This document shows positions 37,542 through 45,999 of a stretch of DNA of 64,000 bases, piece by piece (position 1 is the first letter of the stretch; every line of letters begins with the position of its first letter). The notes under the pieces were generated by a model. The model was not told the origin of the DNA, did no database searches, and saw only the letters and a program-made list of their open reading frames with translations. The stretch is from an uncultured bacterium (lineage in GTDB: Bacteria; Planctomycetota; UBA1135; GCA-002686595), in NCBI GenBank assembly GCA_943787795.1, contig CALSNU010000003.1:256001-320000 (forward strand), written 5' to 3'. The translations under genes and the position numbers were made by a program.

Positions 37542-39356
37542 ATGCTCCTCGCTCTCCCGCTCCTCCTCCTCACGTCCCAGGCGGGGGCTCCTGCGCCAGA
37601 CGTCACGGACCCCATGACCCTGCGGGTGGTGGCCTTCGGAGACTCCTTCACCTCCCAGCGCCGAGACGCCAAGACGCCCTGGCCTGCGCGGCTGGACGCG
37701 CTCCTCGAGGCTCGCTACCCGGACATGCGCATCGAGGTCGAGAACGCAGGCCGCCCCGGAGATACCTCGTCGTCGGCCCTGCGCCGCCTGGGAAGGGACG
37801 TGCTCAGCCGAGACGCTGACGTTGTGGTGATCCAGTTTGGTGTCAACGACTCGGTGGTGGACATCCCGCGGGGAGAGGACTTTCCGGCCATCGCTCCCGG
37901 GGCGTATCGCTCGAACCTCATCGACATGATCACCACCGTGCGCGGCGCGGACTCCGACGTGATCCTGCTCCAGCCCTCGGCCACCATGTGGACCGACGCC
38001 CTGCGGGAGAGCCATGGGAGCTATCCCTACGGCGTCGAGGACCCCTGGGGCTTCGACCGCATGGTCGAGTCCTATGCGGAGGTCGCGCGGCGGACCGCAG
38101 GCAGCCAGCGGGTGCCCCTGGTGGCGGTGCACGACGCGGACCGCGCGCGCGGGCCTGTGGCCACTTCGGCCTTGCGCACGGACGGCTGGCACCCCACGGA
38201 TGAGGCGAGCGCGTTCCAGGCGCAGGCCGTGTTCGACGCGCTGGTGGCGCGGATCGAGAGCGGGGACGCGAAGGCGCGCCGCCTCTCAGAGCACGCTGCG
38301 CCCTCCCGCGGATGGACTGTGCCCGAGCTGGACCTCGCCGGCGATGAGGATCGCCTGGTGATGGTGGACCGCGACCCGGGCCAGTACCTCGGCCACCCGA
38401 CCACCTACCTGCTGGACGACGGCCGCACGATGCTCTGCGTGTACCCCAAGGGGCACGGGAAGGGCGGCATCTGCATGAAGCGGTCGGAGGACGGCGGGCT
38501 CACCTGGAGTGAGCGCCTCCCGCTCCCCGAGTCGTTCAAGACGTCCATGGAGGTCCCGGTCATCGAGCGCATCACCTCGCAGGACGGGGAGGCCTCCAAC
38601 CTGATCCTGTGGTCGGGGCTCTTCCCCGCCCGGCGCGCGCTCTCCTCCGACGACGGCCGCACCTGGACCGAGCTCGAGCCCGTGGGCGGCGACGCGCCCT
38701 GGGGCGGCATCGTGGTCATGGGGGATCACCAGCGCATGGCCGACGGGCGCACCTGCGCGTGGTTCCACGACGATGGCCGGTTCTTCGGGCCGGGGGGCAA
38801 CTGGTCGGGCTTCACCGTCTACCAGACCGAGTCCATCGACGCCGGCGTCACCTGGTCCGCACCGCGGGCCATCAGCCGCTGGCCCCACGGGCACCTCTGC
38901 GAGCCGGGCGTGATCCGCCGCGACGGGCGTACCGTCCTCCTGCTCCGGGAGAACAGCCGTCAGCGCAACAGCCAGTTCATCGAGTCCACCGACGATGGCC
39001 GCACCTGGTCCGCGCCGCGGCCCCTCTCCGGCGCCCTCACCGGCGACCGCCACCAGGTCCTCGAGCTGCCGGACGGGCGGCTCTTCATCAGCTATCGGGA
39101 CACAGGCCTCGATAGCCCGCGCTGGGGGGACTGGGTCGCCTGGGTGGGCACCTTCGAGGACGTGGTCTCCGGAGGCCAGGGGGACCTCCGCCTGCGCCTG
39201 ATGGACAACCTCGTCCGCGCCGACTGCGCCTACCCCGCCCTGGAGCTCCTGGAGGATGGCACCCTCGTCGCCACCACCTACGGCCACTGGACCGAGGGAG
39301 CGCCGCCCTGGATCGCCTCGGTGCGGATCGGCCTGGACGATCTGAAGGCCCCCTGA
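37542..39356 (+). CDS. SGNH/GDSL esterase fused to a BNR-repeat (sialidase-like) propeller
   Basis: AFGDSFT, NAGRPG, FGVND and DGWHP; four Asp-boxes (SEDGGLTW, SSDDGRTW, SIDAGVTW, STDDGRTW). Confidence 0.85.
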   Translation: MLLALPLLLLTSQAGAPAPDVTDPMTLRVVAFGDSFTSQRRDAKTPWPARLDALLEARYPDMRIEVENAGRPGDTSSSALRRLGRDVLSRDADVVVIQFGVNDSVVDIPRGEDFPAIAPGAYRSNLIDMITTVRGADSDVILLQPSATMWTDALRESHGSYPYGVEDPWGFDRMVESYAEVARRTAGSQRVPLVAVHDADRARGPVATSALRTDGWHPTDEASAFQAQAVFDALVARIESGDAKARRLSEHAAPSRGWTVPELDLAGDEDRLVMVDRDPGQYLGHPTTYLLDDGRTMLCVYPKGHGKGGICMKRSEDGGLTWSERLPLPESFKTSMEVPVIERITSQDGEASNLILWSGLFPARRALSSDDGRTWTELEPVGGDAPWGGIVVMGDHQRMADGRTCAWFHDDGRFFGPGGNWSGFTVYQTESIDAGVTWSAPRAISRWPHGHLCEPGVIRRDGRTVLLLRENSRQRNSQFIESTDDGRTWSAPRPLSGALTGDRHQVLELPDGRLFISYRDTGLDSPRWGDWVAWVGTFEDVVSGGQGDLRLRLMDNLVRADCAYPALELLEDGTLVATTYGHWTEGAPPWIASVRIGLDDLKAP

Positions 39357-39430
39357 GGGCCTGTCTCGCTCCAGGGGGCATCCGGATTGCGCGGGTTCGG
39401 TTTGGCCCGGGCAAGGGCTAGAGTGGGGGC

Positions 39431-40474
39431 ATGTCCCGCCTGCTATTCGCCATCGCCTATCTGCTCCCGGTGGTCCACCTGGCTGCCCTGGAGCTGCGCG
39501 GGCCGTGGGTTTGGCTGCCGCTCGCGTACGTGTTCGGGCTGATCCCGCTCGGGGATCGCCTGGTGGGCGCAGCACGCGACGATGATGCGGAGGCCGACGC
39601 CCGGCCGAAGGAGTCCCGGATCCACGACCTGTGGCTGGAGCTGTGGGCGCCCATGCAGCTGGCGGTCCTGGCCTGGACGATGGTGCAGATCCACACGCGG
39701 CCGCCGGTCGGGTACGAGTGGGTTGGCCTCGGCCTCTCCATGGGGCTGGTCACCGGGGCGGGCGGCATCAACGTCGCCCACGAGCTGATGCACCGCAGCA
39801 AGCTCGCCCACCGGGGCCTCGGCGAGCTGCTGATGACCAGCGTCTTCTACGCTCACTTCTGCGTGGAGCACGTGCTCGGCCACCACAAGAACGCGGCCAC
39901 GCCCCAGGACCCTGCCACCTCTCGCCGCGGCGAGTGGGTGTACGCCTTCTGGGTCCGCTCCATCGTGCAGTCCTTGCCCAGCGCCTGGCGCCTCGAGGCG
40001 CGGCGGGTGGAGAAGCACGGGATCACGTGGACGCTGCGGGACCGGCGGCTGCGGATGGTCCTGAGCCAGCTCGCGCTCGCCGGTGGGCTCCTTTGGTTCT
40101 TCGGGCCGGCGGGCTTCGCCTTCTACGCGGGCCAGGCCCTCTTCGGCGTGCTGCTGCTTGAAACCGTGGACTACATCGAGCACTACGGGCTCACGCGCAA
40201 GGAGCTCAGCCCCGGCCGCTACGAACGGGTGCAGCCCCACCACTCGTGGAACAGCAGCCACGTGGTGAGCAGCGCCCACCTGTTTCAGCTCCCCCGGCAC
40301 TCGGACCATCACGCGAACGCCAGCCGTCCCTACCACCGGCTGCGCACCCTCCCCGGCGAGGCGCCGCTGCTCCCCGCGGGCTATCCGGCGATGATGCTCA
40401 CGGCCCTGGTGCCCCCGCTCTTCTTCCAGCGGGTTGACCCGCTGCTCGACGCGGGCGCCGGTCGGCCGACTTGA
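39431..40474 (+). CDS. alkB: Alkane 1-monooxygenase family membrane di-iron enzyme
   Basis: His boxes HELMH, EHVLGHH, DYIEHYG and LPRHSDHHA; also TPQDPATSRRGE and HSWNS. Confidence 0.9.
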   Translation: MSRLLFAIAYLLPVVHLAALELRGPWVWLPLAYVFGLIPLGDRLVGAARDDDAEADARPKESRIHDLWLELWAPMQLAVLAWTMVQIHTRPPVGYEWVGLGLSMGLVTGAGGINVAHELMHRSKLAHRGLGELLMTSVFYAHFCVEHVLGHHKNAATPQDPATSRRGEWVYAFWVRSIVQSLPSAWRLEARRVEKHGITWTLRDRRLRMVLSQLALAGGLLWFFGPAGFAFYAGQALFGVLLLETVDYIEHYGLTRKELSPGRYERVQPHHSWNSSHVVSSAHLFQLPRHSDHHANASRPYHRLRTLPGEAPLLPAGYPAMMLTALVPPLFFQRVDPLLDAGAGRPT

Positions 40475-40908
40475 CCCGCTTCATCGGCTAGATGGGTCAC
40501 GGCCTCTCTGGCCACGGGCGGCGTTCACTCCGGAATGAGGACCGGGTAGGTCCCAAGCTCTGGAATCCAGCGCAGCCGCGGCCGATGCCTGGCGGATCTG
40601 CTGGGGTTCGGTTTGCCATCGGGCACGAGCGCGCCGAGGCCGTCGAGAGCACACGGCTGGAGCTGCTCGTTCAGGTGCTGGAGATGAGCGGCCGATCTAT
40701 ACCGGTTCGGCCCAGCCTCTCGAGCGGCTCGCGCCCGAGCGCCTTGCTCATGCGGAGGACCAGCGCGCCCACGGGCACCTTCCGGCTCCGGCCCTCAGGG
40801 GCTGGAGTGCCCTCCGACGCCAGCCGGTGAAGGCGCTCGCCTGCGGGCCGCACTCCGGGCGGTGGCGGCAAGGCAGCACAAGTGACCGCGCCAGCGGCCG
40901 CTCCACGG

Positions 40909-42423
40909 TCAGGCCGAGGCGGGCTCCATGGGGGCGGCCCCCACGACCTCGCGGACCAGAGCCCGAAAGTCGCGGGCGCCGATGTCGATCGAGGCTGCCA
41001 TGCGCCGGAGGAGCTTGATCTCCTTGGACGAGAGCGAACCGTCGGCGAGGGCGAGCTCGATGAGGTCTACGAGGTCCTCGCGCCCGGCGAGCTCGTGGGT
41101 CGTGTCTCCCGCCGCCTCTGCCTCGATCATCTGCTCCAGCGTGTCCTGGTCGATCGCAGCGGCGTCGGCCCATCGGTCGAGGAAGCTGCGCTCACGCTTG
41201 GAGATGTCACCGTTGCTCATGGCGACATGGACCAACGCCTCGAGGGCCGCCTGGTTGCGGTCGGCGAAGGGGTCTCTTGACGATTCCCCGGGAGGACTCA
41301 TGGCTGCGCTGGATGCCCCCGCGCGGCGTCGACGGGCGCTCGTTGCTGCTCTGCCCTTGAGGCTCCTCAGGTACAAGGCGACGGCAGCGAGGCCGCCAAG
41401 TGGGATCACGAGGGCGATGGGATGGTGGAAGAGTGCGCTGGAGAGGATCACGAGCAGCCCGACCGTCCCGCCGACCACGCCGCTGACGACCAAGGCCGCT
41501 CCATTGGCAAGGTCGCCGATGACAGGGATCATGTAGAGCAGGCTCGCGACGGCGCTGAGCGCGACGTAAATGCCGCCGATGACCGCGAGGATGCCGAACC
41601 CGCGGACGCGCCACTTGAGGGCAGAGATGCTGGCCGCCATCTTCTGGACGGCCTCTGCTCGCTCGCCATTGACGAGGTAGTGAAAGATGCCGTCGTTGCC
41701 GATGAAGCCGGAGATGATCGATTGCTCGATCTCGAAGTCGAGAGGGTGTCCCTTGCCGTCTCGGATCGAACCAAAGTAGGTGCCAGTGGCCGCGGCTGGT
41801 ATGGCTCGGTAGATGACCCTCTCGTCGCCTAACTTGGGGTCGTCTAGTGCCTGCGCCCGGTTCACTAGTTGGTTGCCGACTCTCACCAATCCGAGCTCTA
41901 CGGCCTCTGTGCTCAGCGACAAGCTGGTCAGGTCGAGCGCCTGGTCATCGTCGATGAGCTTCAGCTTGGCGGGCTCGACGGTGGTCTCCCCGATCACGAC
42001 CCGGTCGAGCCGCGCGGTCCCGCTGCGGAGCCGTTGGGTGACCTCGTTGTTCTCTGTCACCCTGGGGACGTGGGCGCGCCAATCGAGCTCCATGTCGTCC
42101 ATGAGATCGTCCTCGTCGCTCTCGTCGTCCCAGCAATAGATCTCGGCGATCGCGACGACCTGGTGCCAGCCGGTGAGCGGTTCGAGGTAGAGCGGCGTCA
42201 GCGTCCCGCCGGGTGGGAGCGGACCGGTGAGGGAGATGGGCTCATCCCCACGGGCGTCGCTGGCGGTGGAGATGGCGCGGGCGTCTGCGGCGGTCTCGGC
42301 GTAGTCGAATCGCCCCTCATTTTCCCACAGCGCGAGGATGCCTCCTCCGATGAGCATCGGGATGAGGACGATGCTGTTTCCTCGGTTCTTGCGGCGGGAG
42401 CCGAGGCCGATGCTGAATCCCAT
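40909..42423 (-). CDS. TMEM43-family membrane protein fused to a C-terminal TerB-like domain
   Basis: LWENEGR after the first TM, LGDERVIY, four C-terminal TMs, then two TerB-like helical repeats (VAMSNGDISKRE, LALADGSLSSKE). Confidence 0.7.
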   Translation of the reverse strand: MGFSIGLGSRRKNRGNSIVLIPMLIGGGILALWENEGRFDYAETAADARAISTASDARGDEPISLTGPLPPGGTLTPLYLEPLTGWHQVVAIAEIYCWDDESDEDDLMDDMELDWRAHVPRVTENNEVTQRLRSGTARLDRVVIGETTVEPAKLKLIDDDQALDLTSLSLSTEAVELGLVRVGNQLVNRAQALDDPKLGDERVIYRAIPAAATGTYFGSIRDGKGHPLDFEIEQSIISGFIGNDGIFHYLVNGERAEAVQKMAASISALKWRVRGFGILAVIGGIYVALSAVASLLYMIPVIGDLANGAALVVSGVVGGTVGLLVILSSALFHHPIALVIPLGGLAAVALYLRSLKGRAATSARRRRAGASSAAMSPPGESSRDPFADRNQAALEALVHVAMSNGDISKRERSFLDRWADAAAIDQDTLEQMIEAEAAGDTTHELAGREDLVDLIELALADGSLSSKEIKLLRRMAASIDIGARDFRALVREVVGAAPMEPASA

Positions 42424-42637
42424 GGGGAAGTGCCGGGCGTGAAGGTGGAGCCAGCTGAGCTCGGCGAGCCGGCTGGACCGGGTCAGACCGGCGCCCGCGG
42501 GGCGTGGCTGCGGTCTGTAACGGGCCCCTGCTGGGCCCCTCGCCAACGAGCTTAGCAGATCTCAGGCGCCGCTCTTAAGGGGGGAAGATCCCGACCGGAT
42601 CGGGCGGTGATGGTCCGGCAGTGGCCGACTCGCTCGC

Positions 42638-43456
42638 TCAGCCCTCGTCCCGCACGCCGTCCCACTTGCCCAGCTTGGCAGGGAAGGCTCGCTTGTTCTT
42701 GCGGAGCCAGACCGTCCACTCTCGCTCCACCTTGTCCCCGAAGGCCGGGCGCTTCTCGATCTCCTTCTCGTCGGCCACTCGTACGAGAGACATGTGGATC
42801 CTCCGCAGGCGTGTCGTGTCCTTGCCCTTGGCGAGCTGCTTGATCACGGCCTCAAGGGCGCCTTGGGTCTGGAGCTCCAGCAGCGAGTGGGTGGCGGCCA
42901 TGGCGACGGGCTCGCCGCGCATCTCCGCGGGGTAGGCGCCGAGCAGAGAGGAGAGCGCCTTCACCACCCGATCGTCCGGCAACTCCCTGCACGCCCTCAT
43001 GCTGGCCTCCAGGTACTGCATGGCATCTTCGGGAGTGCCGTGCTCGTTATCTGGCCCCGTCATGCTCCCCACGAGCGACCACATGTTCTTCTCGAACCAC
43101 TTCAGCTGCGCTACGACGGCGGTCACGGCGGTGTCCGCGTGCTGTCCGTCCACGAGCAGCTCGATGGCCAACTCTCGGACCTCAAGCCGGTCATCGGCGA
43201 GGGCGCTGGCCAGGACCTTGGCGACGTCCTTGCCCGGCGCATTCTCGTGCTCCTCGGTCAACTCCGCGACGACGCTCAGCGCGCTCATGCGCTGCCCTGC
43301 GTCCTTCGACGCGAGGAGCGGAGCGAGTCGCTTGAGCTCGGCCTTGTCCTGGTTCTTGTGCGGTGTGCAGACCTTGCTCCGCCGGCACGCCTCGCACTCG
43401 TCGAGGGGCGCTGCGGGGAGGAGGATGAGCGCAGCGAGGGCGAGGAGGTTCGACAT
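42638..43456 (-). CDS. Secreted HEAT-repeat protein
   Basis: Signal peptide, a CxxC...CxxH segment and HEAT-like helices (LASALADDRLEVRELAIELL). Confidence 0.65.
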   Translation of the reverse strand: MSNLLALAALILLPAAPLDECEACRRSKVCTPHKNQDKAELKRLAPLLASKDAGQRMSALSVVAELTEEHENAPGKDVAKVLASALADDRLEVRELAIELLVDGQHADTAVTAVVAQLKWFEKNMWSLVGSMTGPDNEHGTPEDAMQYLEASMRACRELPDDRVVKALSSLLGAYPAEMRGEPVAMAATHSLLELQTQGALEAVIKQLAKGKDTTRLRRIHMSLVRVADEKEIEKRPAFGDKVEREWTVWLRKNKRAFPAKLGKWDGVRDEG

Positions 43457-43887
43457 GTTTAGGCTGCGCGATCGCTGCCCCAGGACGACAGGGGCGTTTG
43501 GGGCGCGAAGCGATTCTAAGCGGCCTCCTGTCGGGCCAAGAGGGCCTTCAGGTGGCAATGCCACCGGATGGGGGGGGAGAGGTGTCGACATCGGTGCGTG
43601 CTGCGCCCTGAAGGGCCCGGAGCCGGCCGACGGGAACCGCCCCCGACTCAGGGGGGAGTGGGAGCCCGCTGGACGGCTCGAGGCCCCTTGCCCGGGGGGG
43701 GGGGCCGCGGCGCCACTTCGGCGTGGGGGCCTCGAGCCACTGGTGAGACCTGCCTGGCCGCCCATGCATCGTCCCGCGACTCCTGCGGCACTCCGAGGAA
43801 GCGAGCCGGGCAAGGAGGTACTGAATACCGCCGTCTGGGCCCTAGACTGGGGGGCCCCGAATGCTCTCCGGGCCCGTTTGCCTCCCC

Positions 43888-45840
43888 ATGCTTCGACACC
43901 AGCTCTACCTCTCCTCGCTCGCCCTCTTCTGCGCAGCATCGCCGCTGCTGGCCCAGACGTGGGGCGACGGTCCCGCGCCACGGCAGGTCGCGGCGCCGGC
44001 CTCGGACATCGAGAGCGGGCTGCTGCGATTGCCCGAGCCCGCGGCCGGGGCGGTCCGATCTCGCGCGGCGCTCTTCGAGCTGGAGTGGACCGCGGATGGA
44101 GCGGGCGGCTGGCGGAGTGAGGCCGCGCTCCCGGTGGCCCCTGGACCCCTCGCGCTCGCCTTGCAGGCCCACGGCGCCGGCGGCATGGAGATCGAGCTCG
44201 CGGTCCGGGGGCGCCGGTTGCTCCATGGGCGTGGCGGCGCCGTGCGCTCGGATCAGGTGCTATCGCCTGAGGCCGGCGGCGAGGAGGTGCAGCGGTGGGA
44301 CGTTGGCCTGCGTCGGGGTGGAGAGGCGCGGGTGACGGTGCGCTTCGCGGCGGCGCCGGAGCCGCCGCGAGCGCGGCTCGTGGTGCGAGATCATCAGGAG
44401 CTGACCGCCGCGGCGTTCATCGACAGCCACGAGCTTGTGGTGGGACGGCCCTTCGCTCTCGCGGCGCAGGTGGAGTGGAACCACAGCGGGGTGGGGGTCG
44501 AGCCTCCGGTGCCCGTGGTGGATCGCGCCTGGGCCGAGGTCGCAGGGCCCACCGGCTCGACCCGGCTCCGGCTGGCGGACGATGGGCTGAGCGGCGACGG
44601 GGCCGCAGGGGACGGACGCTTTGGTGTCCTTCTGCCGGCGGAGATGAGCGGAGACTTCACGGCCCGCGTCGAGCTCGCGGGGACCCAGGGGGGCACGCGC
44701 TTCCTTCGGACGACCCGGGTGACCTTCACGGTGGACGAGCCCGCGGTCGTGCTGACAGGCGGCGTCCAAAGTGAGGTGCTGGACGCGCGGCGTCTACGGT
44801 TGGATCTGGACGCGGTCATGCTCGGCGACCCGCGGCGGCTACAGGTCTCCGCGGAGGTCTGGGCCCACGACGCCTCGGGCGCCGCCCGGCCCATGACCTG
44901 GCTCTCACGCATCGACGCCCCGCGGGCGGACGCTCGCCAGGCGGGCCACTGGAACCTCTCTCTCTGGCTCGACGCCGGGTGGTTCTCCCACGCAGGGCTT
45001 CGGCCGCCCCTCGAGCTGAGGAACGTGCGCGTCCAGGACCCCGACCACCTCGGCGTCCTCGCTCGCGCGGAGATGCTGCCGGTGCCGACCGGGGCCCTGC
45101 CGCCCCTCGCGGGCCGTGGGCTGGTCGCTCCGGAGTCACTCTTCGGGGTCACGGCGAACGCCTCGGCGCCCCCGACACCCACCACGGCCGTCCTGATCTC
45201 GCCGATCCTCCCGAACCCCGGATTGGTGCTCTCCCATGGGTACTGCGCCTCCGGGAATCCCTTCCCGACCTCGGACTTCAGCGCCCCGCTCTTCGTCTTC
45301 CAGGACACGTCGCAGAACCGGAGTCATGACCAGTTCGCGCGGCGCATCGCCAATCAGGCCTCGGCCTACACGTCCTTCGGGGTCGTGGCTCACAGCCAAG
45401 GAGGCAACGCCGCGCTCCACCTGCTGACCTACTACCAGAGCCCCCTCGACCGGGCCGAGGGGCCGCGCAGGATCCAGAGCGTGGGCTCCCCGTACCAGGG
45501 CACGCCCCTGGCATCCCTGGGCTTCTTCGCCTGCGGTGTGAACAACAACCTGACGACCGGCGGCGGACCCGTCTGGCTCGCGGGGATTCCGAGCTGGGCG
45601 CGCGCGGAGGTCTACTACCACACCACGGAAGAGGGCGGCTTCTTCGCCTGTCAGCTGCTGACCGCGCTGCTGCTCGCCAACCCCGAGGACGGGACCACGG
45701 AGCGGAGCCGGGGGCAACTCTCCGGTGCCCAGAACGAGGGACACGTCTCCGGCTGGTGCCACACGGTCCTGATGGCCGATCCGCCCCAGTGCGAGGACGG
45801 CGGTCGGAACAGCGTGATGGACGCCCTCGCCGCCCGCTGA
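43888..45840 (+). CDS. Secreted alpha/beta hydrolase resembling Dictyostelium conditioned medium factor homologues
   Basis: Signal peptide; LADDGLSGDGAAGDGRF; C-terminal HGYC, QNRSHDQFA, AHSQGG and IQSVGSPYQGT. Confidence 0.72.
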   Translation: MLRHQLYLSSLALFCAASPLLAQTWGDGPAPRQVAAPASDIESGLLRLPEPAAGAVRSRAALFELEWTADGAGGWRSEAALPVAPGPLALALQAHGAGGMEIELAVRGRRLLHGRGGAVRSDQVLSPEAGGEEVQRWDVGLRRGGEARVTVRFAAAPEPPRARLVVRDHQELTAAAFIDSHELVVGRPFALAAQVEWNHSGVGVEPPVPVVDRAWAEVAGPTGSTRLRLADDGLSGDGAAGDGRFGVLLPAEMSGDFTARVELAGTQGGTRFLRTTRVTFTVDEPAVVLTGGVQSEVLDARRLRLDLDAVMLGDPRRLQVSAEVWAHDASGAARPMTWLSRIDAPRADARQAGHWNLSLWLDAGWFSHAGLRPPLELRNVRVQDPDHLGVLARAEMLPVPTGALPPLAGRGLVAPESLFGVTANASAPPTPTTAVLISPILPNPGLVLSHGYCASGNPFPTSDFSAPLFVFQDTSQNRSHDQFARRIANQASAYTSFGVVAHSQGGNAALHLLTYYQSPLDRAEGPRRIQSVGSPYQGTPLASLGFFACGVNNNLTTGGGPVWLAGIPSWARAEVYYHTTEEGGFFACQLLTALLLANPEDGTTERSRGQLSGAQNEGHVSGWCHTVLMADPPQCEDGGRNSVMDALAAR

Positions 45841-45882
45841 TCCGCGCTGCGAGGCCCGGCGCCGCGGGGGGGGGAAGGCGCG

Positions 45883-45922
45883 AAGAAGGCGGCGGCTCCC
45901 GTGTGGGAGCCGCCGCCTTCTT
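45883..45922. terminator. Perfect 18 bp hairpin between convergent genes (bidirectional terminator)
   Basis: aagaaggcggcggctccc-gtgt-gggagccgccgccttctt. Confidence 0.8.
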
Positions 45923-45999
45923 GATGGCACCTGTCCTTGGATGGCACCTGTGTTGGATGGAACGGTTGTCCGGGGCCACCGCCGTGCGGCGCCGTGCCG

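Noticed and set aside
40475..40908. Possible small gene or remnant between alkB and the TMEM43-like gene
   Set aside because: Several short frames are open, but none has a convincing start, motif or codon pattern.
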